Assembly (NCBI GenBank): GCA_965232515.1
Contig: CBDDPY010000002.1
Location: 4,736,001 to 4,800,000, forward strand
Length of the DNA stretch: 64,000 nt
Origin: Alphaproteobacteria bacterium
Lineage (GTDB): Bacteria; Pseudomonadota; Alphaproteobacteria; GCA-2731375
Reading direction: 5' to 3'
Shown: positions 38,457 to 47,928 of the stretch, piece after piece
Position numbering within the stretch: the first letter of the stretch is position 1
Layout of the letters: each line of letters begins with the position of its first letter
Made by a program: the position numbers and the translations under genes
Notes under the pieces: generated by a model
Told to the model about the DNA's origin: nothing
Seen by the model: only the letters and a program-made list of their open reading frames with translations
Databases searched by the model: none

Positions 38457-39674
38457 TCATCTGCGGGGTATTGCGGCCGCGACCAGGTCGATCGACAGCG
38501 CCAGCAGCAACATGGCCGCCCCGATCGCGAACAGGATGTCATAGCCGCCACCGGCGGCGAACAGGAATGACAGGCCATAGGCGGCGCCTGCTTGGCCGAT
38601 GGCGAAGGCGGTCGTGGCCAGGCTCCAGGCGGCCTGCTGCCGGTCGCGGTCCGGCGGCGCCAGCTCCCGCACGCGGCCCAGCACCAGCGGCACGATGCCG
38701 GGCACGAAGGCGCCGATGACCAGACTGGAGACGACCAGGCCGGCGGCTGCGTCGGAGACGGCCAGCCAGCCGACGCCGGCGGCCTGCACCAGAAAGGCCA
38801 GGCGCAGCGTCGCCCGGAAGCCGATCCGGTCGGCGGCCTGTCCCGCCAGCACCGGTCCGGCCATGGCGCCGATGCCGAACAGCACCCAGTAGCCGCCGCC
38901 GGCGACCAGTCCTTGGCCCAGCCCGCGGGCAACGTAGTCGACCAGGAATACCATGTGCGGCACCAGGCCGGCGGCGTTCAGGCCGTACTCCAGATAGACC
39001 GCCCGCAGCGTGCCGCTCGACCGTGTCGGCGCCCGCTGGACGGATGCCGACCGCGGGGATTGCCGGTCCGGCCAGCCGCGCCATGCTAGAGCGGTCAACA
39101 GCAGGGACAGCAGGCCCAGCCCGATCCAGGTCTCGGTCAGGCCGTGGCCCAACAGGGCCGGCACCAGCGTGCCGGACGCCGCGATGCCCAGGCCGACGCC
39201 GGTAAAGATGACGCCGCCGGCCAGACCCTGGCGATGGGTCGGCACTTGCGGCAGCACCGTGGCGGCGGCCAGCACCATCAACGTCCCGCCGGCGATGCCC
39301 GCGGCCAGGCGCCAGACGAAGAACCAGGAAAACGACAGCGGCGTCGCACAGGCGACGAAGGCCAGGCTCGCCAGCAGCATCATGCCGCGCAGCGTGGCCG
39401 GCGCACCGGCCCGGTTCGCCAGTGGTCGGGCCAGCAGGGCGCCGGCCAGATACCCCACCAGATTGGCCGCGCCGAGATAGGCCGCCTGGCCCGGCGTGAA
39501 CCAATCGGCGTCGATCAGCGCCGGGATCAACGGCGTATAGGCGAAGCGCGACAGGCCGATCCCGACCAGCGTGGCGCACAGCGCGGCGAGTGTCGCTCGC
39601 CTGGCGCGGGCCCGGTCACCCGGCGCGTCGCCGATAGCCGGTGCCCGCTGCGCCGCCGTCTCCGCTTCCGTCAT
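38457..39674 (-). CDS. YbfB/YjiJ family MFS transporter
   Basis: GIGLSRFAYTPLIP, GAANL.GYL.GA. Confidence 0.88.
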   Translation of the reverse strand: MTEAETAAQRAPAIGDAPGDRARARRATLAALCATLVGIGLSRFAYTPLIPALIDADWFTPGQAAYLGAANLVGYLAGALLARPLANRAGAPATLRGMMLLASLAFVACATPLSFSWFFVWRLAAGIAGGTLMVLAAATVLPQVPTHRQGLAGGVIFTGVGLGIAASGTLVPALLGHGLTETWIGLGLLSLLLTALAWRGWPDRQSPRSASVQRAPTRSSGTLRAVYLEYGLNAAGLVPHMVFLVDYVARGLGQGLVAGGGYWVLFGIGAMAGPVLAGQAADRIGFRATLRLAFLVQAAGVGWLAVSDAAAGLVVSSLVIGAFVPGIVPLVLGRVRELAPPDRDRQQAAWSLATTAFAIGQAGAAYGLSFLFAAGGGYDILFAIGAAMLLLALSIDLVAAAIPRR

Positions 39675-39729
39675 CCCGGCAGACTAGATGGCCATCATAG
39701 CCAGGAAAAGCGATTGAAACTGATATCTA

Positions 39730-39748
39730 TTATCTGGTTCAGAGATAG
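39730..39748. promoter_or_regulatory. LysR box upstream of MFS-NMO operon
   Basis: TTATCTG-N5-GAGATAG (T-N11-A), matching the box at 40647. Confidence 0.6.
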
Positions 39749-39754
39749 TTTGGC

Positions 39755-40636
39755 CTATTCGGCCGCGACCCGCGCGGCCGGGCGGACATGGTCGATGAAG
39801 CCGGCCAGCGCGCTCGAGACATAGCCGTCGCGGCGGCGGATGAACAGGGTCGCGACGTCGGCCTCGGCGCCGGCCAGGTCGTGTGTGGCGATCCGGCCCT
39901 CGCGCGCGGCCGCCGTCAGCACGCTCCGCGGCAACAGGGTTACGCCGAGGCCGGCGGCGGCGCAGCCGATAATGGAATCGATGGTGCCGAATTCCAGCTG
40001 CCGCAACCCGACGATGCCGCGCCGGGCCAGGATTTCCTCCAGCCGCTGGCGATATGAGCAGCCGGACCGCAGCACCACGATCTTCAGGTCCGGGATGTCG
40101 CTGAGATCGCCCAATGCCTGCACCGACGGCGCCGTGGCAACGGTCAGCGTTTCATGGAATACCGTCTCGGTCGCCAGCGCCGGATGGTCCACCGGACCGC
40201 AAACCAGGGCGCCTTCCAGCGCATGCGTCAGCACGGCATCGATCAGCTCCGCCGTGGTGCCGGTCCGCAGCACCAGGTCGACATGGGGAAATGCCGCCGC
40301 ATAGCTCGCCAGCACCGGCGACAGGCGGATCGCGGCCGTGGTTTCCAGGGCCCCGACCGCCAACGGACCCTTAGGATGGCCGTCGTCGCCCGCGGCGCGG
40401 CGCGCGTCAGCCAGCAGGCGGCCAATGCGCTCGGCATAGGGCAGCAATCGCCGGCCCGCGGCGGTCAGCGTGACGCCGCGGTTGTGCCGCTCGAACAGCG
40501 TCGTGTCGAGCTCCGCCTCCAGCTGCCGGATACGGCCGGTCACGTTCGATTGCACCGTGTTCAGCTCGGCCGCGGCCCGGTTCATGCCGCCCAGCCGCGC
40601 CACGGCCTCAAAGACCTTCAGTGCGCTCGAATCCAT
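39755..40636 (-). CDS. LysR family regulator (YneJ/GltR-like)
   Basis: AA.ELNTVQSNVT.RI, G.LETTAAIRL, GCSYRQRLE, EFGT. Confidence 0.92.
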   Translation of the reverse strand: MDSSALKVFEAVARLGGMNRAAAELNTVQSNVTGRIRQLEAELDTTLFERHNRGVTLTAAGRRLLPYAERIGRLLADARRAAGDDGHPKGPLAVGALETTAAIRLSPVLASYAAAFPHVDLVLRTGTTAELIDAVLTHALEGALVCGPVDHPALATETVFHETLTVATAPSVQALGDLSDIPDLKIVVLRSGCSYRQRLEEILARRGIVGLRQLEFGTIDSIIGCAAAGLGVTLLPRSVLTAAAREGRIATHDLAGAEADVATLFIRRRDGYVSSALAGFIDHVRPAARVAAE

Positions 40637-40646
40637 CCCGGATTCC

Positions 40647-40665
40647 CTATCTGTTTTTCAGATAG
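40647..40665. promoter_or_regulatory. Palindromic LysR autoregulatory box
   Basis: CTATCTG-TTTTT-CAGATAG, 10 nt upstream of the ATG. Confidence 0.65.
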
Positions 40666-40739
40666 CGATCTTAGCCGATCGTCGGTCTTTCGGATAGAAC
40701 GGATGAGACGGGCTTGGGCTTTCCCGTCGCAAGCCGGCG

Positions 40740-41498
40740 TCAGGTCTGGCCGTTTGGCTCGCTGGAGCCGGCGGGGCGCGCGACTTGCCGGTGTCCGGCG
40801 ATCGAGGCCAGGCGCGCGAAGCTCTGAATGCGGAGCATGCTGTGCTCGATGCTCAACAGGTTGTCGTCGCGCATGGACCGGAGTGTCCGGCTCACATGTA
40901 CCGGCGTCATGCCCAGGGCGTCGGCAAGATGCTCCTGCCGCACCGGCAGATGAAAGGCCTGCTCGTCGGCCAGGCCGCGTCCGTGCAGCCGCTCGTAGAG
41001 TTCGAGAACCAATCCGGCGATGCGTTCTTCGGCGAAGCGCCGTCCGAGGTCGACCAACCGGGATTCCAGCCGCATGACCTCGGAAATCTGATGTTGCATG
41101 ATATCCGCGAGCAGTGTGCTGTCCGATTGCACCGCTTCGGCGGCGGCTTCGCCGTTGAATTCCTGCAGCGAGCATTCGGTGATGGTCTGCACGATGTCGT
41201 CGCTCGACTCGGCGAACATCCGGTGGGCGTTGATAAGGTCGCCCGGGATGAGAAATTGCAGGATCTGCCTTCGGCCGTCGGGCAGCAGCCGGTAGCGGAT
41301 CGCCCAGCCGTCATCCAGTACGATGATCCAGAATCCGCCCTCCGGATCGTCATTGGAGATCAGCTGGCGCGGCTTGACCGTTCTGGTGCGGCTAACGACC
41401 GGCCAACGGTCGTCGTCCTGCGCCTCCAGTCGTGCAAGTCCCGCGCGCAGCCCGATTACTGCGCGTTCCGTGGGATCCGATTCGCCGGAAAGAGACAT
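40740..41498 (-). CDS. Crp/Fnr family transcriptional regulator
   Basis: GWAIRY..LPDGRRQI..F.IPGD, LGRR.AEERIA, LADALGMTPVHVSRTL. Confidence 0.88.
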   Translation of the reverse strand: MSLSGESDPTERAVIGLRAGLARLEAQDDDRWPVVSRTRTVKPRQLISNDDPEGGFWIIVLDDGWAIRYRLLPDGRRQILQFLIPGDLINAHRMFAESSDDIVQTITECSLQEFNGEAAAEAVQSDSTLLADIMQHQISEVMRLESRLVDLGRRFAEERIAGLVLELYERLHGRGLADEQAFHLPVRQEHLADALGMTPVHVSRTLRSMRDDNLLSIEHSMLRIQSFARLASIAGHRQVARPAGSSEPNGQT

Positions 41499-41655
41499 AC
41501 GCTTGCTGGCGTTGATGTTGGATGCCGGATTCAATCCCGCGGTCAAGGCGTGACGCCTCGACCGATCGACTGACGTCGTTGGCCGGCGCGTCGGAGCCGC
41601 GGTTCAGAGATTGGGCATGAAATCCGGCTGGCGGCGGAAACGTTGACGGTATCGA

Positions 41656-42036
41656 TCAGGATACTAATCGCGTCGAGCCGATATGGTTCGCGACGCATCG
41701 GGAAACCTCCTCAAGCTTGTGGCTGATCTCCGCAAGCTTGCTCGCGGCCAGCGGTGACTGGCAGTCGACAGCGGCAAGTTCGTCGACGATCGATTCGTAA
41801 ACCGGCAACAGCGGCAATAACGCTCCGTGGCCGGACTGCTGTGACAATCGGTGAAGACTGGCTAGCGAGCGCTTGCTGCTTTCGACGGCTTCGGTCTGGT
41901 GACGTTGAAAGCGAGGCGCCAGACGCTGCCGCACGTCTTGCTCGGTACCCCGGATAGCGGGATGTTTGACAACATTCTTCACGACAACATTTCCTTGCGA
42001 CGATTCATCACGCGGCGGAACGACAGGTGCGCTCAC
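41656..42036 (-). CDS. Hypothetical protein
   Basis: 126-aa GTG-start ORF filling the gap, same strand as its neighbours; no family recognised. Confidence 0.4.
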   Translation of the reverse strand: MSAPVVPPRDESSQGNVVVKNVVKHPAIRGTEQDVRQRLAPRFQRHQTEAVESSKRSLASLHRLSQQSGHGALLPLLPVYESIVDELAAVDCQSPLAASKLAEISHKLEEVSRCVANHIGSTRLVS

Positions 42037-42143
42037 GATGCCAAATGGGCGTTAGCCGCTTCGGCATCGGACAAATATCGACGCCGGCAACGAACAAAAT
42101 CGTCAGGAAGCGAAATTTTTGCATGCCGGTAAATGGTGCGGCA

Positions 42144-42157
42144 TTGTTTACGATCAA
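42144..42157. promoter_or_regulatory. FNR/FixK-type box
   Basis: Minus strand TTGAT-CGTA-AACAA, 1 mismatch to TTGAT-N4-ATCAA. Confidence 0.45.
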
Positions 42158-42213
42158 CACTCCTTGACCCCCTATGCATAGGCGGGATCGCCCGCCGGCC
42201 AAAAAAACTCCTC

Positions 42214-45200
42214 CTAGAACTCCTGCCAGTCCTGGTCTTCTTCGGCCTTCGCCGCCGCGGCGGATGCAGCGCGTCCGCGGCCGACGGTCTCGACCTTTCG
42301 CTGCAGCACGTCCTGCTGTTCGTGCACCGGATTGGCGGGCGCCGCCGGTGCAGCCTCGGCAATGGCCAGATCCGGAGCCGCTTCCGCTTCTTCGCCGGTC
42401 TTGAAGAAGCCGACCAGACGCTGCAGGTCGGTGGTCTGCGTCTCCATCGATTGCAGCGCCGCCGTGGTCTCTTCCACCAGGGCCGCGTTCTGCTGCGTCA
42501 TCTCGTCCATGTTCGACACCGCCGTGCCGACCTCGTCGATGCCCGAGGCCTGCTCCTTGCTGGCCGCGGCAATGTCCGAGATGATGTCCGCTACCTTCTT
42601 CACCGAGGTGACGATCTCCTCCAGCGAGGTGCCGGCCTTCTGCACCAGCCCGACGCCGTCGCGAACCTGGCTGTCCGAGTTGCTGATCAGGTCCTTGATC
42701 TCCTTGGACGCCCGACCCGACCGCTGGGCCAGCGCCCGGACTTCCGTCGCCACCACGGCGAAGCCCTTGCCGGCTTCGCCGGCGCGCGCCGCCTCGACCG
42801 CCGCGTTCAAGGCCAAGAGGTTGGTCTGGAAGGCGATCTCGTCGATCATGCCGACGATCTCGGTGATCTGCTTGGACGAGCCCTCGATCTTGCTCATGGC
42901 GTCCACGGCCGAGGCCACGACGTTGCCGCCGTTCGACGCCGCGTCGCGGGCCGCGACGGCCAGCTGATTGGCCTGCTGGGCGTTGTCGGCGTTCTGGCGC
43001 ACCGTGGCCGACAGCTCCTCCATCGAGGCGGCGGTCTCTTCCAGCGACGAGGCCTGCTGCTCGGTGCGCGACGACAGGTCGCCGGCGCCGGCGGCGATCT
43101 CGGCGGCGCCGCTGTTGACGCTGGCGGTCGCCGCGATGATGCGCTTGGCGATGTCGCCGATGGTCTCGGCCATCTGATTCGAATCGTCCTTCAGCTTCAG
43201 GAAGGTGCCTTCATAATCGCCTTCGATGCGTTGCGTAAGGTCACCCTTCGACATGGCCGACATCACCGAGACGGTCTCGTTCAACCCCCGGTCGACGGTG
43301 CCGACCAGCTCGTTCATACCCTTCGCCAGCTCAAGCATGAAGCCCTGCTTGCCGGATTCCTCCAACCGCTGGCTGAAATCGCCGTGTCCGGCCGCCGCCA
43401 CCAGGTCCGCGACTTCCGCCTCGATCGCGAGCTGTGCCGTCATGTCCGTCCATTCGACGGATGTGCCCAGACGTTCGCCGTCGGCGTCGAAGACCGGTGT
43501 CAGGTTCAGATCGAACGTCAATCCGCCGACCGTGACCCGACTGCGTTCGGGCGACCGCAGACCGTCCAGCAGGTTGCGCTGGTGCGACGGGTTCTTGTGG
43601 AACACGTCGATGTTGGTGCCGATCAGCTTGCTCACATCGAATGCCGGCAGTTGCTGACGGATTTCCGTCTCGCGGCTCGCCAGCAGGTCCAGGAAGGATT
43701 TGTTGACGTAGACGATGTTGCAGTCGGCGTCGGCGACCATGAAGTTCGTCGACGTGCCGTCCAGCGTCGCCTTGGCGCGCGCCATCTCCGCGTCGCTGAT
43801 CAGCTTGTCGGTAACGTCCGTCCACTGGATCGCCGTGCCGATCCGTTCGCCCTGCTGGTTGAAGGCGGGCGTCACGACCAGATCGAATGTCAGGCCCGCA
43901 AGCGCGACCCGGGTTTCGTGCGGCGCCCGCAGCCCGTCCAGCAGCGTGCGCTGATGCGCGGGGTTCGTGTGGAAGACATCGATGTTTGTGCCGATCAGGT
44001 TGTTCACGTCGAAGGCCGGCAGTTGCTTGCGGATCGCCGCCTCGCGTGTCGCCAGCAGGTCCAGGAAGGACTTGTTGACATAGACGATGTTGAAATCGGC
44101 GTCGGCGATCATGAAGTTCGCCGTCGCGCTGTCCAGCGCCGATTGCGCCCGGGCCGACGACGTGCCGAGGGTCCGGATCTGTTCCAGCGAGCGGACCAGA
44201 TCGCCCAGTTCGTCCCTGTTGTTCATGCCGGGCAGTTCGACGGTCATATCGCCGCCAGCCAGCTGGCCGACGCTGTCGGCGATGCGGACGACGGGCCGGC
44301 TGATGCTCCGCGAAATGATCTGCATCAGCACGAGCACCAGCACCAGCGCCACGCCATAGCCGACGCTCATCGCGATCAGCGTGTTGTTGGCGCTGCCTTG
44401 GTTTGCGTCCGTCAACGCCAGCAGTTCCGCGGCGATACTGTCCTCGACGCCCTTCAGGACGTTGATCTTCCTGGTGATGGCGTCGAACCAGAAGCTCCCG
44501 TCGACGCCTTCGGTATCGAAGCTTTCGATGCTGCGCGTGGCGACATCCCGCAGTCGGTTCACTTCCTTTGCGTCGGGGCCGTTCATCGCCGCGCTCAGGC
44601 GCTCGCGCGCCGCCGGCGTCGCGAAGCGCATGAAGCTGTCGAAATAGGCGTTCTGCTCCGCGATCAGGCTCGTGAAACGCCGATAAACCGCCAGCTCGAA
44701 CCGGCCGGCGGTGAAACCGGCCGCGCCCATCGCCCGTTCGACGCCGGCGCGTTCCTTGCCCTGCAGCAGGCTGACATAGGCGTTGATCTTTGACGTCACC
44801 TCGGGGTTCGTGCTCAACGCCGCCATGGCGCCGACGATATCCAGCATGCCGGCGATGGTGCCGGTATAGTAGCTCGCCATCTGCGGCACGGTTGCGGTCA
44901 GGCCATCGACCCGGCCGCGCATGTCCGACAGCCCGGCAAGCTGCGCGTTGGCCTTGCGCACCAGCGACGCGAACTCCTCGCCATAGGCCTCGACGTCGAA
45001 CTTCTGCAGCGAACCCTCGTAGGTGCTCAGCGCGCGGTCGCCGTTGACCCGCTGGCTGTTGATGCGGTCGGCGAATTTCTCGCCGCCGCTCGACACGAAG
45101 CCGGCCGACATGCCGCGTTCTTTTTGCAGTTCATGGACGACGGCGCTGATCTCGGTGCCCAGGGCGGCGAGTGCGCCGATCCGCTTTGCCTCGCTCGAGG

Positions 45201-45330
45201 CACGCCAGGTGTCGAGAAGCGCCTGCCCCAGCAGAAACACCAGCATGATGATCGGCAGTGCGGCGACCAGCGTCAGGCGGGTCGCGATCTTCAGATTGGA
45301 AACGCTATTGGCGAGTGACGGGAACGTCAT
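42214..45330 (-). CDS. Methyl-accepting chemotaxis protein: TM-NIT-TM-HAMP-PAS-PAS-HAMP-MA with C-terminal pentapeptide
   Basis: VHELQKERG and KERAGVERA (NIT); two copies of NIDVFH.NP.HQR...W.D (Aer2-like PAS); IAFQTNLLALNAAVEAARAGEAGKGFAVVA; ends in DWQEF. Confidence 0.93.
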   Translation of the reverse strand: MTFPSLANSVSNLKIATRLTLVAALPIIMLVFLLGQALLDTWRASSEAKRIGALAALGTEISAVVHELQKERGMSAGFVSSGGEKFADRINSQRVNGDRALSTYEGSLQKFDVEAYGEEFASLVRKANAQLAGLSDMRGRVDGLTATVPQMASYYTGTIAGMLDIVGAMAALSTNPEVTSKINAYVSLLQGKERAGVERAMGAAGFTAGRFELAVYRRFTSLIAEQNAYFDSFMRFATPAARERLSAAMNGPDAKEVNRLRDVATRSIESFDTEGVDGSFWFDAITRKINVLKGVEDSIAAELLALTDANQGSANNTLIAMSVGYGVALVLVLVLMQIISRSISRPVVRIADSVGQLAGGDMTVELPGMNNRDELGDLVRSLEQIRTLGTSSARAQSALDSATANFMIADADFNIVYVNKSFLDLLATREAAIRKQLPAFDVNNLIGTNIDVFHTNPAHQRTLLDGLRAPHETRVALAGLTFDLVVTPAFNQQGERIGTAIQWTDVTDKLISDAEMARAKATLDGTSTNFMVADADCNIVYVNKSFLDLLASRETEIRQQLPAFDVSKLIGTNIDVFHKNPSHQRNLLDGLRSPERSRVTVGGLTFDLNLTPVFDADGERLGTSVEWTDMTAQLAIEAEVADLVAAAGHGDFSQRLEESGKQGFMLELAKGMNELVGTVDRGLNETVSVMSAMSKGDLTQRIEGDYEGTFLKLKDDSNQMAETIGDIAKRIIAATASVNSGAAEIAAGAGDLSSRTEQQASSLEETAASMEELSATVRQNADNAQQANQLAVAARDAASNGGNVVASAVDAMSKIEGSSKQITEIVGMIDEIAFQTNLLALNAAVEAARAGEAGKGFAVVATEVRALAQRSGRASKEIKDLISNSDSQVRDGVGLVQKAGTSLEEIVTSVKKVADIISDIAAASKEQASGIDEVGTAVSNMDEMTQQNAALVEETTAALQSMETQTTDLQRLVGFFKTGEEAEAAPDLAIAEAAPAAPANPVHEQQDVLQRKVETVGRGRAASAAAAKAEEDQDWQEF
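43441..44142 (-). repeat. Internal tandem duplication of PAS domain (372-nt period)
   Basis: CATGAAGTTCG at 43738 and 44110; CAGCAGGTCCAGGAAGGA is present in both copies. Confidence 0.8.
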
Positions 45331-45407
45331 TTTGCAAACCCCCATATCGAACGCCACAAAATGACGGCGTCTGTCGATATACACTCGTCGCAATTGCACT
45401 CCCGCTA

Positions 45408-45515
45408 GTTAAGTAAATCCTAAATCAGAGAATAAAACTGATAAAATTCAACCTATTTGACATATATTGAAAACATAAATTAACAATTACAACTCAAGTT
45501 ATTAACATAAATTAA
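45408..45515. promoter_or_regulatory. AT-rich MCP promoter with CtrA-like box and 12-bp direct repeat
   Basis: Minus strand TTAG-N7-TTAAC (45408-45423); AACATAAATTAA at 45472-45483 and 45504-45515. Confidence 0.5.
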
Positions 45516-45761
45516 GGTCATATCTGGCGGTCAGTCGACTTGAACTTAGCGCCCAGCGCCGAAATCAAGTACCGAATTAACCTTCTGTTCATTTTCGTGA
45601 ATTGATTCGACTGTTTTTGATTTCGCTTTCGGGTGGTTGGCGGCATCGATTTACTGTCCGCGCCGCGTCGACGTGAAAGAAGATCGTTCCGACCTACATC
45701 GACTGTTGTACCTGTTGTCTCCGCTGCGCGTCGGCGGCGAGCGCGGAAGGGTGAGGTCGGC

Positions 45762-46496
45762 ATGGAGAGTTTCGGCGAGAAGCTGCGGATCGCCGTGATC
45801 GGCGCGTCGGGCGGCATTGGCGGGGCGTTGGTGCGGCATTTGTCCGGCGACGATCGCGTCGCCGAGGTCTTTGCGTTCGCCCGCTCGGAACCGGGTTCGG
45901 CTATCGCGGGGCCGCGCGTGACGCTGGGTCAAATCGATATCGAGCGCGAAGACAGCATCGCCACGGCGGCCGAGGTCGCGGGTCCGGTGCATGTCGTTCT
46001 GGTCGCGACAGGCATCCTCCACGATTCCGACGGCCTGCAGCCGGAGAAGAACTGGCGGGCGCTCGATGCCGAGGCGCTGCTGCGCGCCTACCGGATCAAC
46101 GCCGTCGGCCCGGCCCTGATTGCGAAACACTTCCTGCCCCGGCTGCCGCGCGAACGCCGAACCGCCTTCGCGGCGCTGTCCGCGCGGGTCGGCAGCATCG
46201 GCGACAACCGGTTGGGCGGTTGGCACGCCTATCGCGCCTCGAAGGCGGCGCTCAACATGCTGATCAGGACGCTGGCCATCGAGCTGGCGCGAAACCGGCC
46301 GCGGGCGCTCTGCGTCGGCCTGCATCCCGGCACCGTCGATACCGCCCTGTCGCTGCCGTTTCAACGGGGCGTGCCGCCGGAGAAGCTGTTCGCGCCGGAC
46401 GCCGCCGCCGCCCGCCTGCTGTCGGTGCTCGACGGGCTCGAACCGGCCGACAGCGGCCATCTCTTCGCCTGGGACGGCGCCCGCATCCCGTTCTGA
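45762..46496 (+). CDS. SDR family oxidoreductase (CsgA/C-factor-like)
   Basis: GASGGIG, SARVGSIGDNRLGGW..YRASKAALN, LHPGTVDT. Confidence 0.9.
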   Translation: MESFGEKLRIAVIGASGGIGGALVRHLSGDDRVAEVFAFARSEPGSAIAGPRVTLGQIDIEREDSIATAAEVAGPVHVVLVATGILHDSDGLQPEKNWRALDAEALLRAYRINAVGPALIAKHFLPRLPRERRTAFAALSARVGSIGDNRLGGWHAYRASKAALNMLIRTLAIELARNRPRALCVGLHPGTVDTALSLPFQRGVPPEKLFAPDAAAARLLSVLDGLEPADSGHLFAWDGARIPF

Positions 46497-46546
46497 ATTT
46501 GCGCTAAACTGTCGCCTCGACGGTTCGTGGCCAGGCGGGCGAAAGC

Positions 46547-47395
46547 ATGCATCAGCAGGCGCATCGCTGCGAGGAAGACGGTTGGGAGATCGTGCATGCC
46601 TATCCGCGGCGCGATCTCGAAGACTATGTCGTCCGTTATACGGGCTACTGGGAAAGCCGGCCGCAGCTCGTCCGCTGGCGTGAGCCGGCGACGGCCGTCG
46701 TCCCGTTCATCGTCAACCTCGGACCGGCCTTTCGCATCCGCCTCGGCGATGACGTCGATGGCGAGCGGGACTACCGCAGCTTCGTCGCCGGCATCAACGA
46801 CGACTTCGCCATGGTCGAGGCCGTCGGCGCCACCTATTGCGTACAGATGGATCTGACGCCGCTCGGCGCCTACCGCCTGCTGCATCTGCCCATGTCCGAG
46901 CTCGCCAGCCGGATCGTCACGCTGCCCGATGTGATCGGCGTCGATGTCGATGATCTGGCGGGCCGGCTTTACGATGCGTCCGACTGGACGGCCCGTTTCG
47001 CGTTGCTCGACGGCTTCGCCCGCCGCCGGCTGGCGAGCGGCCGTCCGCCCACGGCGGCCGTCGCCTGGGCCTGGCGGCAATTGGTGGCGAGCCGGGGCCA
47101 GGTTCGCATCGAGCGGCTGACCGATACCTTGGGTTGCAGTCGCAAGCACCTGTCGCAGCGCTTCGCCGTCGAGGTCGGCAAGCCGCCGAAAACAGTCGCC
47201 CGCATTCTGCGCTTCGAGCACGCCTGCGCGCGGATGCGGCATGCCGCCGATCGGAGCTGGACCGGCATTGCCGTCGACTGCGGCTATGCCGATCAGGCGC
47301 ATATGATCCGCGAGTTCCGGTCGTTCGCGGGCCTGACGCCGGTCGAGTTGGCCGGTCGCGACACGGGCGAGGGCGGCGTCCGCGAGCTCGGCTAG
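46547..47395 (+). CDS. AraC family transcriptional regulator
   Basis: F...VG..PK..ARI.RF and A..CGYADQAHM.REF..FAG.TP. Confidence 0.9.
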   Translation: MHQQAHRCEEDGWEIVHAYPRRDLEDYVVRYTGYWESRPQLVRWREPATAVVPFIVNLGPAFRIRLGDDVDGERDYRSFVAGINDDFAMVEAVGATYCVQMDLTPLGAYRLLHLPMSELASRIVTLPDVIGVDVDDLAGRLYDASDWTARFALLDGFARRRLASGRPPTAAVAWAWRQLVASRGQVRIERLTDTLGCSRKHLSQRFAVEVGKPPKTVARILRFEHACARMRHAADRSWTGIAVDCGYADQAHMIREFRSFAGLTPVELAGRDTGEGGVRELG

Positions 47396-47481
47396 CACTG
47401 GGCGGTAACATTCGTTCAAGACCGCCAGGCCATCAGGGCGTAGGTGTTGGGCACTAATTCCGAACCATGAGAGGCCAAGCC

Positions 47482-47928
47482 ATGCCAACCGACCTCGTCG
47501 AACCGACCCGAATCTATCCCACCCTGCGCTATCGCGACGCGTTGACCATGATCGACTGGCTGATCGGCGCCTTCGGCTTCGAAAAGCATGTTCTGTACCC
47601 CGGACCGGACGATACCGTCGCGCACGCCCAGCTCTGCCTGGGCTCGGGCATGATCATGGTCGGCACGGCGCGCGCTGACGATTTCGACAAGCTGGTCGGC
47701 AGCATCGACGGCCCGAAGATGTCGGGCCAGGCCGTCTACATTGCCGTCGACGATACCGACGCGATGCACGATCGTGCGAGGGACGCCGGCGCTGAGATCG
47801 TCATGCCGCTGACCGATACCGACTACGGCAGCCGCGATTTCGTCTGCCGCGACCCCGAAGGCTATCTCTGGTGCTTCGGCACCTACTGGCCCAAGGCCCA
47901 CGAGCCGGCGATGCCGTCAGGCGAGTAG
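47482..47928 (+). CDS. VOC/glyoxalase family protein
   Basis: P.LRY.DA...IDWL..AFGF, HAQL, DYGSRDF.CRDPEG.LW.FGTY. Confidence 0.9.
   Translation: MPTDLVEPTRIYPTLRYRDALTMIDWLIGAFGFEKHVLYPGPDDTVAHAQLCLGSGMIMVGTARADDFDKLVGSIDGPKMSGQAVYIAVDDTDAMHDRARDAGAEIVMPLTDTDYGSRDFVCRDPEGYLWCFGTYWPKAHEPAMPSGE

Noticed and set aside
42181-42207. GGCGGG-ATCG-CCCGCC hairpin as the MCP intrinsic terminator
   Set aside because: On the MCP strand the U-tract precedes the hairpin rather than following it, so it was not called.
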